From Lingula anatina (Eukaryota; Animalia; Brachiopoda): DNA of 64,000 bases. The stretch spans positions 43,840,401 to 43,904,400 of the forward strand of contig CM120641.1 in NCBI GenBank assembly GCA_051362555.1, in the 5' to 3' direction. The translations under genes were made by a program, and so were the position numbers. This document shows, in pieces, positions 13,601 to 24,702 of the stretch. The notes beneath the pieces were generated by a model. It did not search any database, was not told the origin of the DNA, and was given only the letters and a program-made list of their open reading frames with translations. Every line of letters begins with the position of its first letter. Position 1 is the stretch's first letter.

Positions 13601-16600
13601 TTTTACTACACAGAACTATAAAGTAGCCTGCTTTTTTCAATAATGTTGCTACCACTCAATAACAAATGTTTTAATCCTAATAAATGATGACTTAAAATTT
13701 TAGAATAGATCTGTAAAAATCACAATTTTCCATCAATTAAAAAGATTAATTTCCAGACATGCTAGGTCATTTGTACTATAACATCAATGTACTTGCCAAG
13801 TTTAGCATATATTTCCACCCTTGCTGACCATGTCTGACTTGACAAGCATCAGTAGAAATATATAAATATATAGATAAGGTTCTCTTCTGCCCTCTACAGT
13901 AATAATCTAACATTTCCAAATTGGACAATGAATTAGTCTGACTCCACTTTACCTCTTTGTAGACACCATTCTTGTAAGCCTGGGAATTCTGAGAAAATAA
14001 AGCGACGACACAATTAGCAATTACCAAGCAGTCATCATCATCATCATGAAATAAGGAGAAGAAAAGGAAAGCCAAATATGGATAGAGAATTCAACAAAGG
14101 TAACCTCCACCTAGCATGCACTGATTAAGTGTGTGTCCCTTCAATCTAGACACATAAATAAAATGCTTATTAAAAACAAAGGAACAATGCATTAGTTGGA
14201 AATTGAAATATTAATAAATAATATCTCCAATGTGATTTCTACCATTTGCAATACAATGTTTGATGTACTTTGAAAGATTCACATAAAAAAATTGATATAG
14301 TTACTCACTTACTAGTAAGTATAAAATACTGCAATTTATTTAATATGTTGGAAAATTTGTCGTGGGGTCCAGGAGGCTGCCTGGGCCAATCGTTTTTTGA
14401 CTGCCAAAAAGAAATCCGCAAATAGTCAGAAAAATCTCATCCCTGACTTGTGACTTGTCACTGTATTTATACTTCAAGGTTGCCTTTCACTATCGATAAT
14501 GGGGTCATGATGAAGTTGCCACCATAGGAAATTGATGAATTTTCAACGGAATCAACAACACCATTGACCAACATGAAATATAAGTGCTGTGTAAGTAACT
14601 AGGTTAAGTCCAATCCTAGTTAATAAGGGGTGTGAAATATAGTTCAGTAGAAAGAAAAGAGACAGGGCAGGCAATTAAACATTCATCAAAATATTGACCC
14701 AAATAGGCTTGAATTAGAAAAGTAAAATTATTTTTAAAGCATATCATGTAATTTTTTCATTTAGATATCACAACTTTGACAAAATGGATATTCAGCTGCT
14801 TTTTGGCCTAATGACATAACTAATCAACTAATAAATTACTTACAGCCTTTGACGTAAAACTATCTCAACACAAGAATCTATCCATCATATTACTTCCGAT
14901 CCAGGTTTAGGGATCATCCCTTTTTATCATTTTCACAAGTCTACAAAGAGTAGGGTAGCGTTTGAAGACTTGTGATAATGATGATAAAATTGGATGACCC
15001 CTTAGACAAAATTGAAAAATTAATAATCTAGACGTATTAAGGTATCAGAAGTTCCCTCTACTATAGTGCAAGAAACAACCCCTCCACCAAAAAGTGATCA
15101 GGACTCACTTATCTGCCATACAGTAATCATCAGTCAAATGCAAATGCTTAAGACATCAATTTGGCTACAGAAAATACCAAATGTTTTGTCACCCTCTTGG
15201 CTCACGTGAAATATCTTTTTTGATGCAAAATATGTTCTTTGGCCAAATTAAAATAAAGAAAATCCTTCCTACTTCCAAAGATAAATTGACTTCAACATTT
15301 CCATTTGACTGAAACTGGACTCACAAGAGAATGAGCACAGTTCAACAACTGCAGAAATAAGTTTCTTTCTCAAGGTGGCAAATGAAGCCGACTTTCTGAC
15401 AGAACCCTCACCTCTGATGGGCTGATCTGGACAGTTCTTTCATCCAGTAGTTTCACACAGGTCTCTATATTTGGATCATCTGGTGGTCTGATGCGACAAT
15501 AAACCTAAAATATAATTATAATAATAAGTAAATGAATAAAATAAAAAAAGTTAAAAATTAAAACACACGGTGACCCTTTTTAAATTAACTTTATATATAT
15601 AATAAAGCTAAGCTCAACCTAGCAAAATACTTTAAAACAAATCTGAATTGGCTACAGCAAATGTTAAAATGCTTTCTTATAACATTTTTGTCACATTTAT
15701 TAGCTTAAATTTGTATCAATTATCCATGTACTTGACCAAATAATGGTAAATCTACAGTGAGGCATGTAAAGCCTGTCGCTATAAGTTTGCTAGGCCAAGA
15801 TGTTCCATCTTGTATACAAAGCACACCTTGCATGAGTGAATGAAAGATACAATCGTCTATTTCTTGGTCTTTTGTTCTAGACAGGTTGTGGTAGAAGTGA
15901 GCAAGGAGAATGTGAAATCCACCAGAGCTTTGGCCTTTGCAATTGTGGGTTTGACACAACCTTGCTGACATCAATTTTTGAAAATGAGAAAAAACAGTGA
16001 TGAAGATTCAAAAGATGCCTGCTGTATGGCATAATTCAACTGAAGATGTTTCCCTATAAATGATATCACACTGACAGCTATGACCTAAGAAAATAATCTA
16101 ACCTCCACTGGGTCCTTTGGCTGTGAATTCTGACGAGGGATTTTCCTGGGTGTCTTTCCTCTTCTGAAAAAGGAATAGTAAATAATTCAGTAAAAATGGA
16201 CTTGACAGAGCATAAAATTATAGCAAAAGCTTTTTCTCTACATCTAATCAGATTGAATTTCCGTTAATGGTTAGATAGATAGATGAAGGTTGGTTTTTGG
16301 TTGTGCACAGTAGTCTCTGCTGCTACAGCCATTATACAATGGTCCTCTGAACACAGTTGCCAAGCTTTTGTAATGGAGCATCTTTCTTTTCTTTTTGCTT
16401 TGGACTTCCAGGTAGATTACCACTAAGATGTATGGGCAGCTGCACTTTGCTTCACTGTTGCCCGATCATTATTTCATTTTTGTACTGAATTTATATTGAG
16501 TGGGTTCTCAATCACCAAACTGTGTAAGGAAATCGTACAAAATCGTTAAAACACTTTACCAACTTTGTTCTAGGTTTTGTACTTTAATTATTAAATGTTT

Positions 16601-16978
16601 TAAACTAAGACCTTTTCATGCTTTTTTTTAGATTCACCAACTAATCACGTATATAGACGAGCGTGGATTCACAAGTGACTACTCCAAAGGTGACTTTACG
16701 CTGGATACAAAACAACTGGATGAGAAATTAGAGAAGGAATAGCTATTCAACGTATTTCAGACAACGAATAATTAACAGAGGCAACATTTTCTGTAACTGT
16801 AGAACTAGCAGACTTCAAGTCGATCAGTCCTGCCAGCCGCAATTTTCTTTCGAGTCTTGAACTGAATACACCTTCTGATGAAGGTTCTACTATTTCTGAG
16901 TTACACTCAGATGTGAGTTTTACAATTTCTAAGGACATGTCAACTACAAAACATAGAGTTTACTTACTGTGGCTTCAT
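1547..16978 (-). CDS. KIF23: Kinesin-6 family motor KIF23/MKLP1 (Pavarotti/ZEN-4 orthologue), 23 coding exons, about 889 aa
   Basis: Phase-consistent GT-AG exons: 16968-16978, 16103-16163, 15412-15504, 13953-13988, 12452-12557, 12069-12205, 11504-11802, 10924-11036, 10443-10564, 10034-10136, 9215-9294, 8730-8849, 7283-7427, 5945-6000, 5347-5449, 4788-4996, 4397-4507, 3860-4180, 3353-3446, 3005-3144, 2592-2677, 2058-2156, 1547-1571 (sum 2670 nt). Motifs: N-terminus MKPQRGKTPRK...[12 protein letters not shown]-loop GVTGSGKT, switch I NTESSRSH, switch [17 protein letters not shown], kinesin-6 loop-6 insert, coiled coil, HRRSKS (Aurora B/14-3-3 site) and the tail motif [16 protein letters not shown]. 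Confidence 0.95.
3570..3823. mobile_element. Possible hAT-like MITE in a KIF23 intron
   Basis: Imperfect termini CAGGGGTTTTCC...GGAACCCCT and an internal inverted repeat CCATCCAGCCGTC...GACGGCTGGATGG. No clear TSD. Confidence 0.35.
7683..8037. mobile_element. Kolobok/T2-like MITE with TTAA TSD, copy 1
   Basis: TTAA-AGGGACAATAACTCTTCGT...ATGAAGAGTTATTATCCCT-TTAA terminal inverted repeats. Homologous to 9492-9836 (inverted) and 20164-20476. Confidence 0.8.
9492..9836. mobile_element. Kolobok/T2-like MITE with TTAA TSD, copy 2, inverted relative to copy 1
   Basis: TTAA-AGGAATAATAACTCTTCGT...ACGAAGAGTTATTATTGCT-TTAA; close reverse complement of 7683-8037. Confidence 0.8.
12500..12740 (-). repeat. 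123-nt tandem duplication of the KIF23 exon 5 acceptor and 5' exon part
   Basis: Two copies 123 nt apart: ...TTTCAG|ACCCATAATAATTTCAGATATGTGTTC ([19 protein letters not shown]) and ...TTCCAG|ACCCAGTACGCCTTCAAGTATGTGTTT ([19 protein letters not shown]). Confidence 0.85.
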
Positions 16979-17024
16979 TATTTCTTTTCCTCTGAAGAAT
17001 GTGCACTTATCTATTTCCTTTCTG

Positions 17025-17100
17025 CTGCTTTTCAAATAATTCGAACCGGGAAACTGACCAATCAGACTGCGCTATTTTACAACACGCGCGCGCCATCTGA
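17025..17100 (-). promoter_or_regulatory. KIF23 proximal promoter with CHR (TTTGAA), CCAAT box and E2F-like GC element
   Basis: TTTGAA on the minus strand at 17031-17036, TGACCAATCAG around 17055-17065 and TGGCGCGCGCG around 17085-17095, in a CpG-rich patch 50-120 nt upstream of the ATG. Confidence 0.55.
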
Positions 17101-17341
17101 GTCCAAGACAAGCCACCAGTACATCCTGTTGGAAACGCACAAACCCAACATAGAGGTGCATTACAGCAGATTATTATAATTTTTTACAGCGTTATACTTG
17201 TAGGAGATGACTGAATTTTTAAAATGAGTAAAACGTTTCACAGCTGGATGTTTTGCATTTGTGACAGTTACGTAGGCCTATGTTCCTGTTTGGGGCTAGA
17301 CGATGAATTTTTTTTTATCAATCATGGTTTCAGGAGAGTAC

Positions 17342-17375
17342 GTGAAACCAAGGAGTTATAACTCCTTGGTGAAAC
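17342..17375. mobile_element. P-superfamily-like excision footprint (20-nt palindrome, 7-bp TSD)
   Basis: GTGAAAC-CAAGGAGTTATAACTCCTTG-GTGAAAC. Confidence 0.65.
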
Positions 17376-17918
17376 TTTGATAAAAACTTATTCATGTGGG
17401 ACCCTAAAATAATCAAACAAAGTTTGCAATCAGGGCACTAAATATTTTCAAGAGTATGCCCATGACCTCAATTGCACATCTACTTTGGGTTTGGGTGAAA
17501 AATATCCTTGAGAATAAATACTTAATTGTAGCCTAAAATAGCGATACTGAATTTTGTGTATTTGCCTCTAACTTTACAATTTTATATTCAGTACAATTTA
17601 ATATTAAATTAAACATTTCAATCGCAAGCTTGTATGCATCTGGTTTAAAGTAAAAGGAAACACCCACGGTGACCTTCCTGCTACATGTACGTAACAAATC
17701 TCGTTATTTGGGAGGGAGGATCTGGGCAATTTTAATGCAAATTAAATCAGCCGATAAATTGCCAAACTTCCGGAAAGTATAAGTGCCTTATGTGCCTAAA
17801 ACAATCTGCAATCGAGCTTCATTTGACACTGGCTGAATGGATGGCAGTGAAATGTAGTTTGATAATTTTTATGACAACATTTAATTTATTTTTCGTCCGT
17901 TACACGATCTTTGCAAGT

Positions 17919-18260
17919 CAGTGGCGGATTAAGGGGGGGGGGGGGGTCCTGACACCCCTTCGATTTATGGAAAAATCACTGCAATGATCCCTCTTGAAAT
18001 TAGAATTTTGACCCGAACCCCACGCCAATGGGGTTTCGCATCCCCGAACCCCCCCCCCCCCCCCCTTCAAATAATCCTGGATCCGCCCCTACAAGCTAGC
18101 GTCGGCTTTAGATGACTCCCCCCCCCCCTTCGATTTCTGAAAAATGTATCACACCAATATTCCCCTATTGAAATTAGAATTTTGACTAGCTAAATTACAG
18201 TTCTAAACCGTACCAAATGACACTGTCCGCCCTCTAAAATACCAAAATACCAGGCCAAGG
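17919..18260. mobile_element. Non-autonomous DNA transposon fragments (CAGTGGCGGAT...ATCCGCCCCT type)
   Basis: TIR-like ends at 17919 and about 18090, with G/C runs. Segment 18115-18228 recurs in inverted orientation at about 22463-22570. Confidence 0.55.
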
Positions 18261-18284
18261 AGGGTGGGGGTTGATATTATAACA

Positions 18285-18467
18285 TAGGGACCATTCAGAA
18301 TAGGGGACTAGCTAGTCCAAGGGTCAAATATGGCGACCAACTACAAGGCTTTCCGCCTAATCTGCTAATAGACACTGAATAGATATCCCGTGGGGAAGTA
18401 TTCAAGTGGGTCCGCCATATTTGACCTGCGGACTAGCTATAGTCTCTTATTCTGAATGGGGCCATAG
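18285..18467. mobile_element. PIF/Harbinger-like MITE with long TIRs
   Basis: GGACCATTCAGAATAGGGGACTAGCTAGTCC...GGACTAGCTATAGTCTCTTATTCTGAATGGGGCC. Partial second copy at about 36893-37010. Confidence 0.65.
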
Positions 18468-18712
18468 ACTCCCCATCTTTGATCATATACTTCATTTCTT
18501 ATAGACATCACACCTTCAAGGGCAAAACTTGCTTAATCTAGCAAGTTTTGCCCTTGAAAGATAAAAGGACATTTTTATCAGTTTTTAAAGTAGTGTGTGG
18601 ATATTGTAGACATTTGTACAGACTTTGGAACCGCCAAATACCCTTGGCCTGTTTATACTGAAGACGGTTTTTACCCTGAGTTTCTAAGGGCATTGAAACT
18701 TAAAACGGCAAG

Positions 18713-18856
18713 ATCCTATCGCATCCCATCCTATTATCTTTTCCTACCCTATCCTGTAGTACCCTATCTTATCTTATCCTATCCTTCCCTATCTTATATA
18801 TTATCCTATCCCATCCCATCTCACCCAATCACATCCCACCCCTATCCTATCCTATG
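18713..18856 (+). repeat. Degenerate (ATCCT/ATCCC)n pentanucleotide microsatellite
   Basis: Visible run of ATCCT/ATCCC/ATCTT units; it explains the Tyr/Pro-rich spurious ORF 18597-18890. Confidence 0.85.
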
Positions 18857-19114
18857 GCGTAGTCCGGTCGACCGTGAGGGCGCCACTTGAGGAAAAGGCA
18901 AATGCCTGTTGATAAAACTGATAAATGTAGTAGAGCGATGAGTTTGCTGTCCCTTGAACCCCAGGGTGGTTTCAGTAGACAAGTTAGGTAATGTTCTGTC
19001 TGGCTGCGTATTTGATATCATTTTAATGCTGACTTGTGAGGAAGACAGTTTGTTATCAAAGTGTTCCTTTACATTAGGCCTAAGTCTTTCGAGATGATGA
19101 AGCGACGGATTACA

Positions 19115-21502
19115 ATGGCAAAACAATTTGGCATTTCGACGATATTGCTCCTGTTCTTTTGTCAAGGATACGCTGTAACAGTTTTCGAGCGTTACTGGGA
19201 AAATGTCCAGACGAATATTTATGGGTCATTACCAGAGCCTGAATTGGGCAACTGCACGCAAACAGATTATCTTAAGTGCACACAAGTAAGAAGAAAAGAA
19301 TCCGTCACAACTGCAAGGATTCGCACTCATTATTCGGATTATTTCAACGTTAGCGGAACTGATTACGAACACGACGCTCAAATATCGGACTATATCCGTT
19401 ACGTTGGCCGGCCGCTTATCAATTGCATTGGGTTGATTTGCAATACACTTACCATATGTGTTTTTGCCCGAAAAGAACTCCGCCGTGTAGCGACCTGTCA
19501 GTTCTTGATCGCTGTAGCGGTGGCGGACATATTGATATTGATAAATGGTATTTTTTACTGGATTGAATACGAGCTCTTAACCCCTGTGATGACGGCCAGT
19601 GAAGTGACATGTAGAATAACTGTATTCACGGTGTATTGCGGACCTCAAATTAGCGGGATTACTTTGATTGTCATGAGCATCGAGAGACTTATGAGAATTA
19701 TTGACCCTTGTGCTCATGAGAGGTGCTTTTCTATTAAGATGACTCGTTTGTATATCGTGGTAATTGTCTTGGCCATGGTGCTCTTGAATATCTGCATATT
19801 CTTCACCAACATATACTTCAAGGAATGCAGTAAGTGGGTTTGTTGGAATATATACCATGATAGCAGGGATATACTGGAACTCCACTATGAAAGGTGCAGA
19901 AACTGTACTGACTGTGATGACTGTGGTAAGTATTTAGCTTCGAGTGCGTATAGGCAGGTTTATGTATACAGTAGATGCTATCTAGCAAAAAGGTTCACTG
20001 AGACGAATTATATACAACAATGACCAATAAATCTTGAATTATTCATGAATCTTAATTACATAAATGCAATAGCATCTTTGCTTCTTCAATTTATTCAATA
20101 ATCTAGAGACCAACTCGTTTTCTCAATATCGTTTCCACTCCACCCCGTTTTTTCAGAGCAAATTTAAAAAGGATATTAACTGTCCGTATGAGATTAATAT
20201 TTCATAATAAATACATTTTAAACAAATCAAAAATATACAATAAATTCCATTTTACCACCCAAACAGCAGTTACCGCAATTATTCTGGGATCTGTGCTTGC
20301 CATCAGACCACGTGGACCTTCATAGATAGCAATACGTCCGTAATATTATTTAATTTCTTAAGAAGTTATTGCGAAAAAAAAAAGACATTGGTAAGTACAG
20401 TGTATGGGATATCGTCGTTTACCCCAGGACAATCCGTTTTGTTTATCGCCAAAACGAACAGTTGTTATCCCTTTAAAATCATACCCTCCTCCGTCTTGAA
20501 ATTAAGAAGAACCATTATCCATTGAAATAGCGATAAAAATGGCCAAATTGTAAAAATGATATTGTAAAGTAATTATCGGGAAATATGTCCTTGTCATCTT
20601 TTTTAAATAGCTAAAAAAATACATATTCCACCCAAAAAGAGTGGTAACTTTATTCACATTATGATATATGTATAATTGTTTTATGCCACTTTAATTGCTG
20701 TTGATTCTTTCCCATATATTGAAGGGTGGCCTGATATAGTAAATATAAGTTTCTAAAGCGAAAAACACTAGGGCAAGTCAAAACTATGCAAATATTGCAC
20801 AAAGTGACTATGTCACTGACGTGACACAAATGTTCCCCTTTTTATGACCTCGATCTATTTTCAGGCGTTCCAGGGTTGTTGGAGTTGTTGGACTTCTATG
20901 ATGTGTACAAGTGGGTAGCTTTTGCGATATACTGGGCCTTACCATGCCTTTTACTGCCTGTTATCAACGGTTGGTTACTGTACCAAATATATTTGGCAAG
21001 AAAACGATCGCGAGGAACTGAAGAAGAGATCAGCGTACCAAATCACTTCTACGGATCTAGTGATGATGGTGACTTAGAGGACGACGTGGAAAGGGAAAAA
21101 GCGGAAAAAGAAGTCACAATAATGTTGGTCCTGGTCACGGCATCGTATTGTATTTTGACCACGGGATTTAATTTTATACAGGTTGGAATCATTGACGTTT
21201 ACGGCTCTGGCAGTGACCAAGATCTAATTAAGTTTTCTTACGTGTATTCCGTTTTCATTCTTCTTTTTTACTTGAATCATGCGTCTAATTTTTTTCTGTA
21301 CTGTATTAGTGTTAGGCCATACCGCGATGAATTGAAATGTATGTTGATGTGTTTCTGTGAATGCATTGCAAGACCATTGCTTAAAATTAAATGGGCTTGT
21401 AAGGGCATCTGTAGGCGGAATGATGAAGATGAGAACGATACAGACGAAACCCCTCTTCAAATGAGCGGCAGAAGCAGAATTGCTTATGGATCGTGTGTTT
21501 AG
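19115..21502 (+). CDS. Class A (rhodopsin-like) invertebrate peptide-type GPCR, FMRFamide-receptor/GPR139-142-like; 2 exons, about 482 aa
   Basis: Exon 1 is 19115 (alternative ATG 19094) to 19925, donor G|GTAAG. Exon 2 is 20865-21502, acceptor TTTTCAG, phase 1, in frame. Signal-peptide-like MAKQFGISTILLLFFCQGYA; TM1 GLICN, TM2 IAVAVAD, TM3 C...MSIERL, TM5 YWALP, TM6 VTIMLVLVT, TM7 NHASNFFLYC. Confidence 0.9.
20164..20476. mobile_element. Kolobok/T2-like MITE, diverged copy 3, in the GPCR intron
   Basis: TTAA...AGGATATTAACTGTCCGTATGAGAT...CGAACAGTTGTTATCCCT-TTAA; colinear with 9492-9836. Confidence 0.7.
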
Positions 21503-21685
21503 GTTAAATAGTGATCGACTGTTGTAAAAGCTGAATAAGTTGTAAATATGAAGAGAGGTGGTGGGAATCGTTTCATTTAAGCGGATTTGAATCACGTACG
21601 TATTCGAATCACACACGACCAAAGTAACACATTGTCACATGGACTTAAAACTATGAAAAGCCTTCTCACAAAAAGCTGTATGACT

Positions 21686-21787
21686 GGGTTCCCATACCCT
21701 CTACCAGGGCGAGTGATAGATTTTTTACAGATATTCACAATATCTGTAAAAATCTATCACTCGCCCTGGTAGAGGGTAGGGTTCCCA
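21686..21787. mobile_element. 84-nt fold-back micro-element with a 9-bp TSD (MULE- or Academ-type)
   Basis: GGGTTCCCA-[TACCCTCTACCAGGGCGAGTGATAGATTTTTTACAGATATT-CAC-AATATCTGTAAAAATCTATCACTCGCCCTGGTAGAGGGTA]-GGGTTCCCA. Confidence 0.8.
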
Positions 21788-22156
21788 TAACCCTATCATA
21801 CTATCAAGGTTGATATGACTCCGAGGGGATTCTAGCTAAATTGCATTCAGTTTAATTCACTTTAAGGATATCGTGTTTTATGGCACATTGATAATTGTTA
21901 GATTACAGTAACTATGACGTGATGTGTGATATGTGTGCAGCAACCAATAAATTTTATATGAAGCAGGTATGTTTTGGATCAACTCGTGATGCTGTCTCGG
22001 TTTTCTGCAGTTGCAGTCCATGAGTTAAGGGGGTCGTAACATTAGGATTTTTGTCTGCTTAGATAAAGCAGAGATAAACATTGTAATTTTATGAGGTAAT
22101 GTTATCGCATTAAAAAAAACATCGGAATGAATTTGCTAGCTCGAGCTGATGACGCC

Positions 22157-22592
22157 ACAGCGGCGTTTTTTTTTTTTTTTTTTAAATTTCTTTTGGGGGT
22201 GGGGGTAAACCAGAACAGCTATCAACGCCATTGAAAGCATATTCAACTACGACAATAATAATATTTACTACAATCCAGTGGATGGGATCAAACAGCGTAA
22301 TTAGGGGCGCATATTTCCGAAAAACAATAAATAAATCCAAACGGTTGCATGCCTCGGATGCGAAGCCGACCATCGCCCTCTTGGTGTGGGGTTTGGGGCC
22401 TGCTGAAGAACCCTGAATTTTTTTTTTTTTTTTGTGTGTGTGTGTGTGTGTTTTGGAGAGCAAACAGTGCCTTTTGGTACGGTTTAGAACTATGATTTAA
22501 CTAGTCAAAATTCTAATTACAAGAGGGGAATGTTGGTGTGATATATTTTTCAGAAACCGAAGGGGGGGATCAGGACCCCCTAACCCCCCCCT
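22157..22592. mobile_element. Non-autonomous DNA transposon fragment related to 17919-18260
   Basis: 22463-22570 is a reverse complement of 18115-18228. Begins CAGCGGCG and has G-rich ends. Confidence 0.5.
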
Positions 22593-23147
22593 TGTCAGAA
22601 AGAGTTTTGTTATGTATACTGTCATTTTAAGCTGTAAATTTCAAATCATGTAGATGCTCCCCAAGTTGTTCTAAAACCTATTTTGTCTACAAAAGGGAGT
22701 TTGAAATCGAAAATTTACTTAAGCTACATGTACAACGGAAGTTTAACTCTAAAGATTGCATTATTAAAGAACAGGTTGGAATTTTGAGTTATCAGTAAGT
22801 TGTGGCAAATTTATTTAGCTTTCTGTCAATGTAAGCATGTAAGGAACTTTACCTTCATCCACATGCCAGGAATAGCACAAATCAAATCACAGTTGTGTAA
22901 AAACTCGCCATTACCGCATATCAGCCTCGTTTTGACTTCATGCACTTTCGTTTCCATATGCCGCGTGGAAGGTGACAATCACACGTAACTATTTACTCCC
23001 TTTGGAGCAGCTACTTGTAAGTTAATATTTCTGTCCATTTGTTCATTCTTGTTGCTTTCAACCATTTGGCTTTGTTATTTTAACTTTGTGTTATTCTTTT
23101 CCTCTGTCCTTTTTGCTCCTTTCGCTTGTCGTCAATTTTTCTTTACT

Positions 23148-23390
23148 ATGCCCTTCAGTACCCGTTGTTTGCATCGCTGGCCACAGTTGCGTTACCCGTC
23201 TCAGTGTTTATTTGTGTCCCTCCTCACCGTGCTTCTGTTTCTCCGTCTTTTAACCTGTCGTCCTGCTGCTCTGTCGTTCTTCGTGGAAGAGGTGGCACCA
23301 CTCTTTCACAGTTTCGTTCTCAGTATCTTCATTCTCTTCGCTCGTCACAACCCCAGGTTGTAATTCTCGAACTCGGTACGAAGGACAAAC
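23148..23390 (+). pseudogene. Frameshifted SGNH/GDSL hydrolase relic, probably from a Ngaro/DIRS-type or LINE ORF1 retroelement
   Basis: Block I VVCIAGHSCVTRL in one frame; block II VVLRGRGGTTL and block III QPQVVILELGTKD (GxND-like) in another frame. Confidence 0.6.
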
Positions 23391-24584
23391 ACCATCCATG
23401 GGATTGGTGTTAATCATATTGTTGTCTGTCAGGTCATACAGACAGGTCTGACAGACAGTTTAACGGGCAGGCAGATAAATACAACTCTCATCTGTCTGAA
23501 CTTTCTGGTGGCATAAGGGACTAATCAACCTTAAACAGCCTGTTTATCTACCTGATGGCGTACACCTGAAACCTCTTGGCCAGTACAGGTTATATGAATG
23601 TTTTTAACAAAGGGCTGTTACTGAACAAAAATATATTTAATAATGACATGCTGTTCCATAATTACGCTGAACGCTTTATGGTGAGAAATAACTGGTTAGC
23701 ATTTATGAATGGTTGTCAGCTGACCATAAAGCTATTTGTCTTGTATTTCTTTCTTTCTTTTTCTTTTTTTTTTTTTTTTTTTTTTTTTGGGGGGGGGGGG
23801 TCATCTGTGTGAGGCACTACATGTGTCAAAGACAGAAGCTTTGAACTGATTGTTGCTCTGTCACTGCCAGGATAAAAGTGCAGAGGTTCTTCAATCATTA
23901 ACCTCACAAATATAGGCTATGATTTATGGCAGAAACTCCCATCCATCCCTTCTCCTCTGTGCAGACTTTATTTATAGGTGACTGTGCAATTGTGGTAGTG
24001 AGTAGATTGCCTTGGTGCATTCTTAAAAAAACCTCATGTTTGCAATATCTTTGTACGTCATCAGAAATCAAATATGGGTGGCATGAATATTGAGAAGGTT
24101 TTTTTTTCAGTTTGTGTATGTGTCATTTCATTTGTATCATCAGCATGAGCCTGGGGATACTCATTGTTTAAGCCTTGACCCGTCTTGTTATTACTTGTTT
24201 GTTGCTTGTTTCCAGTTATGTTTTATGTTTAAAGGGATAGCAACTCCATGTAAGAGATCCATATTTCACATGAAAAACATTGTAAACAACTAAAAAAAAA
24301 AATCCATTTTAGCACCAAAATGACAGTTGTTGCAATTAATTTGGAATATTTGGACTTAAGCATGTGGTTCCATTGGACCACATGAATCTTCATAGATGGC
24401 TGCCCTTTGTAATAATCTATCAAGAAAAAAAAGGAATTATTCTTAGACTAACTTTTGAGTGTCGTAATGAATTCACTAAACCACTGCTTAGTATGGGAAA
24501 ATCCCCATTTACCCCAGCAAAATCAATTTTATGGCACTTCCTGCAAAAATTAGCGGTTGTTGCCCCATAATGTTTGTGTTGTTT

Positions 24585-24702
24585 TGTGGTATTGTGTGCT
24601 GGTGTGGCATATTATTAGTTGTAAAAAATATTAGCAAGTGTCTGTGGTAATATGCCATGCCTATGCACACCTGATGAGTTCAAATAAGAACGAAACATCA
24701 CA
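24585..24702 (+). ncRNA. Type III hammerhead ribozyme, slightly degenerate (cleavage triplet AUU)
   Basis: UGUGGU-AUU-GUGUGC-U-GGUGUGGCAUAUUA...UAAUAUGCCAUGCC-UAU-GCACAC-CUGAUGA-GUUC-AAAUAA-GAAC-GAAA-CAUCACA. Intact core, stems I/II/III pair, one A-C mismatch next to the core in stem III. Predicted cut after 24593. Confidence 0.8.

Noticed and set aside
18515-18558. 19-bp hairpin TTCAAGGGCAAAACTTGCT...AGCAAGTTTTGCCCTTGAA
   Set aside because: Real inverted repeat, but no TSD and no second copy in the window, so it cannot be assigned. A rho-independent terminator is not applicable in this eukaryotic context.
22146-22170. CTGATGA-CGCC-ACAGC-GGCG resembling a hammerhead core with stem II
   Set aside because: Followed by a T run instead of GAAA, no stem I or III partner, and it overlaps a transposon terminus.
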